A stretch of 64,000 bases of DNA from an uncultured Isosphaeraceae bacterium (GTDB taxonomy: Bacteria; Planctomycetota; Phycisphaerae; Phycisphaerales; SM1A02). Below the pieces are notes generated by a model, which made no database searches, was not told where the DNA came from, and saw nothing but the letters and a program-made list of their open reading frames with translations. Position 1 is the stretch's first letter; each line of letters opens with the position of its first letter. The translations under genes were made by a program, and so were the position numbers. Location of the stretch: NCBI GenBank assembly GCA_964546585.1, contig CAZJKE010000001.1:27521-91520 (forward strand), given 5' to 3'. Shown one piece after another: positions 40,056 through 48,796 of the stretch.

Positions 40056-40817
40056 TCAGCGATCCGTTGTAGCGGGACGAACCAAGTGACGATCGCCCCC
40101 GCCATCGACCGCCCAGTCCAGATCAATTCCGAAAATCGCCCCGATCGCCCCGGGGCTCAGCACTGCATCCGCACTCCCGGCAATAACCAATCGACCTTCG
40201 TCCAGCACCCAGACATCGGCCGCCATCTCGTTGGCGAGATCCAAGTCGTGCACTGCACAAAGCACCAGATCCCCTTCAGAAGCGCACTGCTTCAGAATGT
40301 CGACCGTCCCGCGGACATGCCGCAGGTCCAACGCAGAGGTCGGTTCATCGAGCAGAAACAGCCCTCCCGGCGATCGCTGCGCCAACGCCCTTGCAAGCGT
40401 CGACCGCTGCCGCATCCCCGCGCTCAACGCGTGCCACCGATCGCCTCTTCGATCATCCAGATCCACCGCAGCAATCGCTTCATCAATTCGGCGAGCAGAT
40501 GGGCCCAGGGCATACCTGCCTTGTGTCACCACATCTTCCAGTGTCATCCCGCCAGCAACGAACGACCGTGCTGGCACCCACGAAACCCGGGCGGCACGCA
40601 CACGCGGCGGCAACTGGTCGAGCCTGCTCCCGGCGAATCGCACATCACCCGAACTCGGCCGCAGGAGGCCGGCAATCGTTCGCAGCAGCGTCGTTTTGCC
40701 CGAACCATTCGGCCCCAGCACGCAGATGATCTTGCCGCCAGCAGCATCGACGGTCACTTCCGACACTGCTCGCCGCCGCCCGAACCGGACGCTGAGATTC
40801 TCGATGATGAGACTCAA
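40056..40817 (-). CDS. ABC importer ATP-binding protein (FecE/BtuD-like)
   Basis: Walker A GPNGSGKTT, signature LSAGMRQR and Walker B LFLLDEPTSALD. Apparent TTG start overlaps the permease stop (TTGA at 40814-40817). Confidence 0.85.
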   Translation of the reverse strand: MSLIIENLSVRFGRRRAVSEVTVDAAGGKIICVLGPNGSGKTTLLRTIAGLLRPSSGDVRFAGSRLDQLPPRVRAARVSWVPARSFVAGGMTLEDVVTQGRYALGPSARRIDEAIAAVDLDDRRGDRWHALSAGMRQRSTLARALAQRSPGGLFLLDEPTSALDLRHVRGTVDILKQCASEGDLVLCAVHDLDLANEMAADVWVLDEGRLVIAGSADAVLSPGAIGAIFGIDLDWAVDGGGDRHLVRPATTDR

Positions 40818-41794
40818 CGCACGACCCTCCCTCGCAGCAACAGCACAAGAAACACAAGGCCACCAAGCAGACTTGTGAGGATACCCACCGGCATGCGACC
40901 TGTGCCCAGATCGATCAGTTGCCTGGCGTCCTCCGCCCCCACAAGGAGCAGCGCACCAAGTGTCGCCGATACCAGCACAAGTTGGCGATGCCTGCTGGAC
41001 ACCAGGAGCCGCCCCGCGTGCGGCGCGATCAGTCCGACAAATGCAATTGGACCGGCCAACATGACCGCAACGGCCGCCAGCAGGCTCGAGAGCACGAAGA
41101 GCCTGCGGCGAAGGGAAGGAAGGTCAACTCCCACGCTCGCTGCTTCGTCGTCGCTCAGGCAGGCGGCATCGAGCGTCGGCCCCCAGTTCGTGAGGAGAGC
41201 AACACCTCCCAACACGATCACGCCGCTACCGACAAGCACAGGTGCCGAGGCCACTTCTGGAATGCGGCCCATGAGCCATGTTGTGAACTGTCCCCGAAGA
41301 CCCATGGGCACGAGATGCTGGAACACCATGATGCCCGCACCGCACATCACCGAGATCACAACACCGACAAGCACCATGGAGATGGGATCAATGCCGCCGC
41401 GGCGACGGGAAAGCAGATAGACAACCGACAGCGCGCCGGCGGAACCCAACACCGCGCCACCGACTTCGCCCCACCACGCATGTTCGCCCGTGACATACTG
41501 GACATACAGCGTTGCCATCATGCCGAGCCCCGCACCCGATGAAAGGCCGAGTATCCACGGTGAGACAAGCGGGTTTCGCAGCAAGACCTGCAAAGAGAGC
41601 CCCGATGCACCAAGGCCAGCGCCAATGATCACCGCCGCCACCATGGGCACGATTCGAAAGGACGCCCACGCTGCGTCCGGCCAACGAAGCGACACCCCGC
41701 CGCCCTCTCCTCGATCAATGAGAATGCGCAGAACGCACGCAGCGGCGAGCAGCAGAAGACATCCCAGCAGCACAATGATCCCTCGCCGTGTCAC
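40814..41794 (-). CDS. FecCD/BtuC-family ABC importer permease
   Basis: About 9-10 TM helices in a FecCD-like pattern (GAGLGASG..LLRNPLVSP..GPIAFVGLIAPH). GTG start overlaps the binding-protein stop (GTGA). Confidence 0.85.
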   Translation of the reverse strand: MTRRGIIVLLGCLLLLAAACVLRILIDRGEGGGVSLRWPDAAWASFRIVPMVAAVIIGAGLGASGLSLQVLLRNPLVSPWILGLSSGAGLGMMATLYVQYVTGEHAWWGEVGGAVLGSAGALSVVYLLSRRRGGIDPISMVLVGVVISVMCGAGIMVFQHLVPMGLRGQFTTWLMGRIPEVASAPVLVGSGVIVLGGVALLTNWGPTLDAACLSDDEAASVGVDLPSLRRRLFVLSSLLAAVAVMLAGPIAFVGLIAPHAGRLLVSSRHRQLVLVSATLGALLLVGAEDARQLIDLGTGRMPVGILTSLLGGLVFLVLLLRGRVVR

Positions 41795-42591
41795 GGCACC
41801 TGCGACAACGCATGGGCCAGCGCCGCCCTCACCTCTACCACGCCAGTCGAGGGCAGCATGGCATCCTCCAAGATGATCGGCACGAAGCGACTTTCTCCCT
41901 TCCGCACCGTTGGCAGCGTGCGATACATCATCTGTTCCTTCAGGCTCAGGCCCTGATCGCTCAATACAATGAGCAATTCCGCGCTTCTTCGAGCCAGATC
42001 CTCGTTTGAGAGTTGCACCCAGCCCTCCGCGTTCAGGACATTGAGTCCGCCCATTTCCCTCCAGAGATCATCAATCCAAGTGCCTCGACCGAAGGCAAGT
42101 TGCCCCTCGGTCAGGAGCATGGCTGATCGTCCGTCCGCCGACGCAAGAGGGCTTCGCAACGCCGTCCTGAACACCTCCGCATTGGCTTCATCCGCATCAA
42201 GCACGCACGGAAGTTCCCGCAGGACTCGATCAATGTCCTCCAGGCGATCCAATGGCCAAGCCTGCAGCGTGAAGTCGCCCTCGCTCGCCATGTCAAGGAG
42301 CGGCTGCGGCGGCCAACCGGCAGTGTCCTGTACCAACACATGTGTTGGACAAAGGCGAACCAGCCGCTCATAGTCAATGCCATCGAGATCGCCGACGACA
42401 GGAATGTTCTGATCCACACTGCGACAGAACGCACTTCGGCCCACCAGATCGTCATGCAAACCCAAATCAACAAGCGTGCGGGTGATCGCCGGGCTAAGTG
42501 AAACGATGCGTTGCCCATCGCCAGGAGGTAGCACTTCGCGGTCGCCGCAGCCAGCCAGCAAGAACGTGATGCTGAGGGCAACCCACTTCAC
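41791..42591 (-). CDS. Periplasmic substrate-binding lipoprotein of the BtuF/FhuD class
   Basis: VKWVALSITFLLAGCG lipoprotein signal and RIVSLSPAITRTLVDLGL, typical of class III binding proteins. GTG at 42591 overlaps the exporter stop (GTGA). Confidence 0.7.
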   Translation of the reverse strand: MKWVALSITFLLAGCGDREVLPPGDGQRIVSLSPAITRTLVDLGLHDDLVGRSAFCRSVDQNIPVVGDLDGIDYERLVRLCPTHVLVQDTAGWPPQPLLDMASEGDFTLQAWPLDRLEDIDRVLRELPCVLDADEANAEVFRTALRSPLASADGRSAMLLTEGQLAFGRGTWIDDLWREMGGLNVLNAEGWVQLSNEDLARRSAELLIVLSDQGLSLKEQMMYRTLPTVRKGESRFVPIILEDAMLPSTGVVEVRAALAHALSQVP

Positions 42592-44420
42592 GCCTGTTCC
42601 TGTTCCGTTGCAGGCACCATTTGCGTTTGCACCAGACGGGCGTAGATGCCGCACGATTCGAGGAGCGAAGCGTGTGTTCCGTCCGCCAGAACTTCGCCGG
42701 CATCCAGAACGACAATGCGGTCGGCGGTTTGCACCGTAGACAGACGGTGGGCAATCAGCAGCACTGTCCGCCCCGCGCAGAATCGCGACAGGGTGTCGTT
42801 GATCATGGCCTCTGATTCGGCGTCGATCTGGCTGGTCGCCTCGTCCAGAATCAGAATTGACGGGTCCCGCAGCAACGCTCGGGCAATGGCGAGTCGTTGT
42901 CGCTGGCCGCCGCTGAGCGATGTGCCCTGCTCCTGCACATCAGCGTCGTAGGCTCCCGGCATCGCCGACACAAATTCATGGGCGTGGGCCTGCTTTGCTG
43001 CCTCTTCGATCGCCGCCGCATCGGCATCAGATCCGAACGCGATATTGTCCCTGATCGTGCCTCGAAAAAGCACGGTTTCCTGCGTCACCACGCCGATTTG
43101 TTCCCGAAGCGTCTTGATGTCTGCCTCGGCCACATCGATCCCATCGACCAACAGGCGGCCTGTCTGCGGCCTCAGAAGCCGAGGAAGCAAACTGATCAGC
43201 GTCGTCTTGCCTGAACCATTGGGGCCAACAAACGCAACGCGTTCGCCGTGTTCAATTGTCAGCGAACAGTGACGAAGCACATTCTCGCTCTCGGGGTTGT
43301 AGGCAAAGGAAATGTCATCGAACACGATGGTCCCGCCGTGTCTTGGCATAGCCTTCCCGCCGGCGCCCTGCTCCAGCGGTAGGTCAAGAACTTCCTGCAA
43401 CCTCGCGGATGGCGCTTCTGCCCCCTGGAGTTCCGCCACAAGCCCGGTCAGTGGCCGCAGCGCCGCCCCGGCGACGCCAAGCGAACCAATGGACAACAGG
43501 AACTGATCGAAGTCGAGAGATCCCGCGATAATGCTTCGCGCGGCGATGGCGGCCAACGAGCCCAGTACAACAATCGCCAGCGTCTCGACAAGTGGGCTGG
43601 CCAGCGCACGCACCAATCGCACACGCAACTCTGCCGCGACGACGCGTCGATTCGCTTCGTCAAACCTCCGCTCTGCATCCTCTTCGGCAGTGTTCACCTT
43701 GACCGCACGGATGCCCTGTACGGCTTCGCTCGCGATGCGAAGGAGATCCTGCTGTGCCGCCAGCGAATCAGCAGTGCTGCGACGCACACGCTTGCCGATC
43801 TTCCGCAGCACCACCGCCATGACCGGCAAGACAATCACGGCAATGAGGACCAGACGAATGTCAAAGACGCACGCTGCAACAAACGCTGCGAGTCCCTTCG
43901 TAAGTTGCGCGACGGATCGTCCGAGGAGTACGATGAGGCCTGCCTGCAACGCCTCTGCATCCCGGACGATGCGGGCAACGAAATCGCTCGACCCGCGGCG
44001 GAGGATTCGTCCAAGGTCCATCGTCAGGACATGCTGAAATGTCCATCGTCGAACATCGGCGACGACATGTATGGCAATCCAGGCACTCAAGTACTGGTGG
44101 GCGAAGTTGGCGAGCCCGCCCGCGATGGTCAGGCAGCCGATCCCAACGAGCACAAACACAACACCTTCAAAACGCCCGGCGGGAAGCGATTCGATAACCC
44201 ACTCGGGCACTGAGATGATGTGACCGGCCTGATTGAAACTCGCAGCCAGATCCGGAAGCGATTGGCCGTGCTCCGGGCTGAGGATCAAGGACAGCACCGG
44301 GCCGAGACTCAGCAGACCGACCCCAAGACCGATAGCCGAGAATGCGGCGAGCAGCAGCGCGAGAATCAGGCGTCCCGGCCACTGGCACATCCTGGCAGCG
44401 AAGTGGCGAAAGTGCGTCAT
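42588..44420 (-). CDS. MsbA-like ABC exporter (fused permease-ATPase)
   Basis: Six-TM exporter domain plus Walker A GPNGSGKTT, signature LSGGQRQR and Walker B ILILDEATSQID. Confidence 0.85.
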   Translation of the reverse strand: MTHFRHFAARMCQWPGRLILALLLAAFSAIGLGVGLLSLGPVLSLILSPEHGQSLPDLAASFNQAGHIISVPEWVIESLPAGRFEGVVFVLVGIGCLTIAGGLANFAHQYLSAWIAIHVVADVRRWTFQHVLTMDLGRILRRGSSDFVARIVRDAEALQAGLIVLLGRSVAQLTKGLAAFVAACVFDIRLVLIAVIVLPVMAVVLRKIGKRVRRSTADSLAAQQDLLRIASEAVQGIRAVKVNTAEEDAERRFDEANRRVVAAELRVRLVRALASPLVETLAIVVLGSLAAIAARSIIAGSLDFDQFLLSIGSLGVAGAALRPLTGLVAELQGAEAPSARLQEVLDLPLEQGAGGKAMPRHGGTIVFDDISFAYNPESENVLRHCSLTIEHGERVAFVGPNGSGKTTLISLLPRLLRPQTGRLLVDGIDVAEADIKTLREQIGVVTQETVLFRGTIRDNIAFGSDADAAAIEEAAKQAHAHEFVSAMPGAYDADVQEQGTSLSGGQRQRLAIARALLRDPSILILDEATSQIDAESEAMINDTLSRFCAGRTVLLIAHRLSTVQTADRIVVLDAGEVLADGTHASLLESCGIYARLVQTQMVPATEQEQA

Positions 44421-44444
44421 TGTCGCACCAGTATGACGATATGG

Positions 44445-45743
44445 TCACGCCTCGTACAGCCGTTGCAGGTCATTCCAGAATCCCGGGTAACTCTTGGCGA
44501 CGCACGCTCGATCGGCAATCGCAATGCCTCCCCGATGGGTCCCCAACACGGCCATTGCCATCGCGATGCGATGATCGCCGGCTGGATCCACGACAACAAC
44601 GCCGTCGCGTGTGGCCATGGGCCCGATGCGCAGTTCATCAACCCCTGCCACAATGCCGCACCCGGCATGCGCAAGCGCTGTTCCCATGACCTCGATACGC
44701 GATGATTCCTTGTGCGGCAGGGTGCCAAGCCCGTAGATCCGGCTTGGAGAATCGCCCGCCGCCGCGACGGCCGCAAGGCATAACGCTGCGTCGGGGAAGC
44801 CCGATGCGTCCAGATCACCAAGCCCGCTCATGGCGGTTGAGCCGGTGATGCGAATGCCCTCGCCGCTTGACTCGACAACAGCGCCGGAGCGGGCGAGCAC
44901 CTTGATGGCAGCCACATCTGGCTGTGGAGAGTCCAGCGACAGGCCGGGGACAGTGATGGTCAGACCCGGATGCATCGCGGCGATGGCGGCGAAGTAGATG
45001 GCGGAACTCGCATCGGGTTCGATATCAATCTCCCGGCCTCGCACCGTTGACTGCGGTATGGCAATGCGGCGAGTTGATTCGTCCAACTGGTCCTCAAGAG
45101 ATACGCCGAAAGTTCGAAGCAGCGAAAGCGTCAGATCAACATAGGACGCGGAGGTGATCGGCAAACTGCATGTCAGGCTGAGCCCGCCCGTGAGCCACGG
45201 CGCGATCAACAGGAGCGCAGAGATGGTCTGACTCGACCGAGTGGCTTCGACGGTGAGATCACCGCCGTGAATGGCCTTGCCGTCAATGGTGATTGGGAGG
45301 GATTCGCCGTCGCAGGAAGCGCCAAGCGTCCGGAGGAGGCTGGCAAGTTCAGCAACTGGCCGCTGCCGCATGCGAGTATCCCCATCCACCGTGACCGTGC
45401 CCCCTGCGAGACACGCGGCCGCCATCATGAACCTTGCGGGTGTCCCTCCGGCACCAACATAGACGGACCCGCCCCGCGGCAACTGCCCGGCAACACCGTG
45501 CAGACGCACAAACTGATCGGTCCACTCGACACCGAGCCCGAGTTCCCGCAGCGACCCAGCGAGGGCCAGCGTGTCATCGCACCGCAACGCACCTCGTAGC
45601 ACTGTTTGCCCAGCGGCCAAGGCGCCCAGCACCATCGCCCGCGCAGTCAAACTCTTCGAGCCCGGGATCCGGATAGTGGCGTTGCCCTGAGGCTTCAGCC
45701 TCGGCAAGGTATCCGCCGTCTGCGGCTTGTTCTTTCGGCTCAT
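44445..45743 (-). CDS. aroA: 3-phosphoshikimate 1-carboxyvinyltransferase (EPSP synthase)
   Basis: IPGSKSLTARA N-terminal motif and DHRIAMAMAVLG near the C-terminus. ATG overlaps the upstream stop (ATGA). Confidence 0.92.
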   Translation of the reverse strand: MSRKNKPQTADTLPRLKPQGNATIRIPGSKSLTARAMVLGALAAGQTVLRGALRCDDTLALAGSLRELGLGVEWTDQFVRLHGVAGQLPRGGSVYVGAGGTPARFMMAAACLAGGTVTVDGDTRMRQRPVAELASLLRTLGASCDGESLPITIDGKAIHGGDLTVEATRSSQTISALLLIAPWLTGGLSLTCSLPITSASYVDLTLSLLRTFGVSLEDQLDESTRRIAIPQSTVRGREIDIEPDASSAIYFAAIAAMHPGLTITVPGLSLDSPQPDVAAIKVLARSGAVVESSGEGIRITGSTAMSGLGDLDASGFPDAALCLAAVAAAGDSPSRIYGLGTLPHKESSRIEVMGTALAHAGCGIVAGVDELRIGPMATRDGVVVVDPAGDHRIAMAMAVLGTHRGGIAIADRACVAKSYPGFWNDLQRLYEA

Positions 45744-46063
45744 TCCTCGCGCCTGAATACGGCGACGACATCCTTGATTGGGATGACGAACAAGCGGTTG
45801 TCGCCCTCAAAGTCAACGGGGATGCCGTGTTTCGGGTTGAACAAAACCTTGTCGTACTGCCTGACAGGATAGTCTGGGTCGTTTTCGACCTGCGCGCTGA
45901 CGGCCACGATTCGGCCGGTCAGCGTCGGAATCTCCATCTTGTCAGGCAGGTGAATCCCCACCTTGGTGACCTTGCGGTCCTCGTCCTTGCGAAGGAGTAC
46001 CCGTTCGCCAAGGGGTTCGACCGTCTCAAGTGCCTTTCTGCTTCGTTCGCTGGATTCCTTCAT
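45740..46063 (-). CDS. GroES/Cpn10-like small protein (divergent, no adjacent groEL)
   Basis: VEPLGERVLLRK..KVGIHLPD..LTGRIVAVS..YDKVLFNPKHGIPVDFEGDNRLFVIPIKDVVAVF matches the GroES pattern across its length. Start set at ATG 46063. Confidence 0.6.
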   Translation of the reverse strand: MKESSERSRKALETVEPLGERVLLRKDEDRKVTKVGIHLPDKMEIPTLTGRIVAVSAQVENDPDYPVRQYDKVLFNPKHGIPVDFEGDNRLFVIPIKDVVAVFRREE

Positions 46064-46168
46064 CACGCACACATGATACGCCGTGGACCATTCACGGGCG
46101 ATTTTGCTGATCAGTTTCGTTGCCCCCACTATCATACGGGGACACGCAACTCCGGAACACAATCGGCC

Positions 46169-47353
46169 ATGACAACACAAGATACCCATCCTTCAACCGT
46201 ACCCGCACCCGAAGTTCACGCTGCTCAGGACCCTTTGCACCTGATCGACCTGGATCACATTCAGGTGTATTCCGGCAATGCCAAGCAGGCCGCGTTCTTC
46301 TACGCAACCGCATATGGCTTTGACATCGCTCAGGTCAACGACCTGACGACAGGGAACCGCGACGAAGCGTCGTGGCTCTTGACGCAAGGCAACATCCGAC
46401 TCATGCTCACAACCGGGCTCAATGAAGACCATCCTGCAGCATCGCATGTCAAGCGACTTGGCGATGGTGTCAAGTGCATGGCGTTTACCGTCTTTGATGC
46501 AGAGAGGGCATTCGAGCAAGCCGTCAAGAACGGTGCGGAGGTCGCGTATGCGCCTTTCGAAACAACCGACGAAAATGGCACGGTCGTCCGCGCAGGTATC
46601 AAGACCTACGGCGAAGTCGAACATGCCTTCATCTCCCGCAGTGGCGGGTATGGCCTGCCTGAGGTCAAGAAGGGCGGACGGTTCCTTCCGGGATTTCAGC
46701 AGACCGATCATTCCCTGAACGAACGAAACCGAGTGAATCCCTGCGGGCTGCAATACTTTGATCATGCCGTCGGCAATGTCGAACTTGGCAAGATGGACTA
46801 CTGGGTGGACTGGTATGAGAATGTCCTGGAATTCTCTCTATTCAAGCACTTTGACGACAAGGACATTTCGACCGAATACTCGGCGCTGATGTCGAAGGTG
46901 ATGTCCAGCGGCAGCGGACTGATCAAGTTCCCGCTCAACGAGCCGGCGGTAGGCAAACGAAAGAGCCAGATTCAGGAGTACCTGGACTGGCACTCGAACA
47001 CGCCCGGCGTGCAACATTTGGCCTTCCGAACCAATGACGCAGTCAAGTCGATCGAGGAACTGCGACGGCGAGGTGTCTCTTTCCTGACACTTCCCGCAAC
47101 CTATTACGAGGCCTTGTGGGATCGCGTGGGCTCGATCGAAGAGGCGCGTGAAGAAATCGAGAAGCTCGGCATTCTTGTCGACCGCGACGATGAGGGGTAC
47201 CTCCTGCAACTGTTCACCATGCCTGTGCAGGACCGGCCGACGCTGTTCATTGAAGTGATCTGCAGACGAGGCAGCCAGAGTTTCGGCAAGGGCAACTTCA
47301 GAGCCCTCTTCGAGGCGCTTGAACTTGAACAGGAACGACGCGGAAATCTCTGA
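46169..47353 (+). CDS. hppD: 4-hydroxyphenylpyruvate dioxygenase
   Basis: Two VOC-fold halves, HLAFRTND, and the C-terminal FGKGNFRALFEALELEQERRGNL tail typical of HPPD. ATG at 46169. Confidence 0.9.
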   Translation: MTTQDTHPSTVPAPEVHAAQDPLHLIDLDHIQVYSGNAKQAAFFYATAYGFDIAQVNDLTTGNRDEASWLLTQGNIRLMLTTGLNEDHPAASHVKRLGDGVKCMAFTVFDAERAFEQAVKNGAEVAYAPFETTDENGTVVRAGIKTYGEVEHAFISRSGGYGLPEVKKGGRFLPGFQQTDHSLNERNRVNPCGLQYFDHAVGNVELGKMDYWVDWYENVLEFSLFKHFDDKDISTEYSALMSKVMSSGSGLIKFPLNEPAVGKRKSQIQEYLDWHSNTPGVQHLAFRTNDAVKSIEELRRRGVSFLTLPATYYEALWDRVGSIEEAREEIEKLGILVDRDDEGYLLQLFTMPVQDRPTLFIEVICRRGSQSFGKGNFRALFEALELEQERRGNL

Positions 47354-47379
47354 GGATCTCCGCGACGGAGGATTCATTC

Positions 47380-48585
47380 ATGCCCTACTACACGGCACTC
47401 GGCGATCTCCCATCGAAACGACATGTCCAGTTCCGTCGCCCGGATGGGGCGCTGTACAGCGAGGAGGTCTTCGGCACTGAAGGTTTCGTCGGGCCGACCT
47501 CAACGCTCTATCACATTCATCCACCCACGCAGGTTTGTGGATGGGCCAACGAATATTCAACAAAGGTCGAGTATGCCGAGCCGGATGTGATGCGAATGCG
47601 GCATGTCGACACCACCAAGATGCAGGCCAAAGGTGATCCGATCACTGGGCGTACGGTGCTCTTTGGAAATGACGACTGTGAAATGGGACTCTGCCTGCCC
47701 ATCGAGCCCATGGACTATCACTTCAAGAACGCGCAGGCCGATGAGTGCCTCTTCATCCACAACGGCAACGGATCCCTCCATACGATGTTCGGCACCTTGC
47801 AATTCCGCGAGCGAGACTTCATCGTCATTCCGAAGGGCACGATCTACCGCATGATCTTTGATGATCGCGGTCCGAATGATCCGGTCAACAAGTTCCTCTT
47901 CATGGACTCGGCAAATGCGAGCCACATTCTCCCCCCGCCGAGGTATCTCTCGAAACAGACAAGTCAGTTTCTTGAACATGCCCCGTATTGCGAGCGTGAT
48001 CTTCGCGGTCCGGAATTGCCGCTGTGCTGGGACGAGACGGGCGACTTCGAAGTCCGCATCAAGGCGAGAAACAGCGTGCATTCCTACACCTACCCCTACC
48101 ACCCCCTCGATGTCGTTGGGTGGGATGGGTGTTACTACCCCTACTGTTTCAACGCCGATGACTTCTCACCTATCGTCGCCAAGCATCACATGCCGCCCCC
48201 CACCCACCAGGTTTTCGAGGCGCACAACTTTGTCATCTGTGCGTTTTGCCCTCGCCCGCTGGATTTCCACGAATCAGCGGTCAAGGTCCCCTACAACCAC
48301 AGTAATCTCGACAGCGACGAGGTCATGTACTACTGCGACAGCAAGTACACCGCGAGGCGAGGAATTGGCGAAGGATCAATGACGCTGCACCCCCAGGGCA
48401 TCCCCCACGGACCGCACCCGGGCACGGTGGAGTCAACACTCAACGCCACACATACCGATGAACTGGTTGTCATGTGCGACACCTTCAGGCCGCTCTATCC
48501 GACGGCCGCCGCATTGGCGCTTGACGACGCGGAGTATCCGAAGTCATGGCTTGACTGGACGCCAACACCAGTCGCCACCGAATAG
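47380..48585 (+). CDS. hmgA: Homogentisate 1,2-dioxygenase
   Basis: N-terminal PYYTALGDLPSKRHVQFR..LYSEEVFGTEGF and a cupin-like core. Positioned between hppD and fahA. Confidence 0.85.
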   Translation: MPYYTALGDLPSKRHVQFRRPDGALYSEEVFGTEGFVGPTSTLYHIHPPTQVCGWANEYSTKVEYAEPDVMRMRHVDTTKMQAKGDPITGRTVLFGNDDCEMGLCLPIEPMDYHFKNAQADECLFIHNGNGSLHTMFGTLQFRERDFIVIPKGTIYRMIFDDRGPNDPVNKFLFMDSANASHILPPPRYLSKQTSQFLEHAPYCERDLRGPELPLCWDETGDFEVRIKARNSVHSYTYPYHPLDVVGWDGCYYPYCFNADDFSPIVAKHHMPPPTHQVFEAHNFVICAFCPRPLDFHESAVKVPYNHSNLDSDEVMYYCDSKYTARRGIGEGSMTLHPQGIPHGPHPGTVESTLNATHTDELVVMCDTFRPLYPTAAALALDDAEYPKSWLDWTPTPVATE

Positions 48586-48631
48586 GCCGCCTCAACGGGC
48601 TCCCACACTCCTCGATTCCCGCCCCTCCCTG

Positions 48632-48654
48632 GTTTCGCGCCGCTGCTGCGAAAC
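48632..48654 (+). terminator. Hairpin downstream of hmgA (weak terminator candidate)
   Basis: GTTTCGC(G)..(T)GCGAAAC stem, 47 nt after the hmgA stop. No U-tract. Confidence 0.3.
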
Positions 48655-48687
48655 GGCCTCGCTTCTTCGCTACATGCACAGGGACAC

Positions 48688-48735
48688 ACCCCGGGTCTGA
48701 CCCCGGGTCTGACCCGGGGTGTGACCCCTGGTGCG
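48688..48735. repeat. Four tandem 12-nt units (ACCCCGGGTCTG x2, ACCCGGGGTGTG, ACCCCTGGTGCG)
   Basis: Read directly from the sequence. The first two units are identical and the last two are degenerate. Located in the convergent hmgA/fahA intergenic region. Confidence 0.8.
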
Positions 48736-48762
48736 GGGGCAGGGGAATTGGATGGGCGGTTT

Positions 48763-48778
48763 GGGTGGGTAGGGTGGG
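48763..48778 (+). other. Canonical G-quadruplex-forming motif GGGTGGGTAGGGTGGG
   Basis: Four G3 tracts with 1-2 nt loops on the plus strand, preceded by further G-runs (GGGGG, GGGG, GGG at 48735-48756). Lies 19 nt from the fahA stop. Confidence 0.6.
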
Positions 48779-48796
48779 TATGCGGCTCGACGGTCA

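Noticed and set aside
40047-41420. 457-aa plus-strand ORF
   Set aside because: Shadow ORF antisense to the ABC ATPase and permease genes. It is Arg/Pro/Ser-rich with no motifs.
48688-48735. CRISPR-like array
   Set aside because: The units are only 12 nt, directly abutting with no spacers, and degenerate. No cas genes are in the window.
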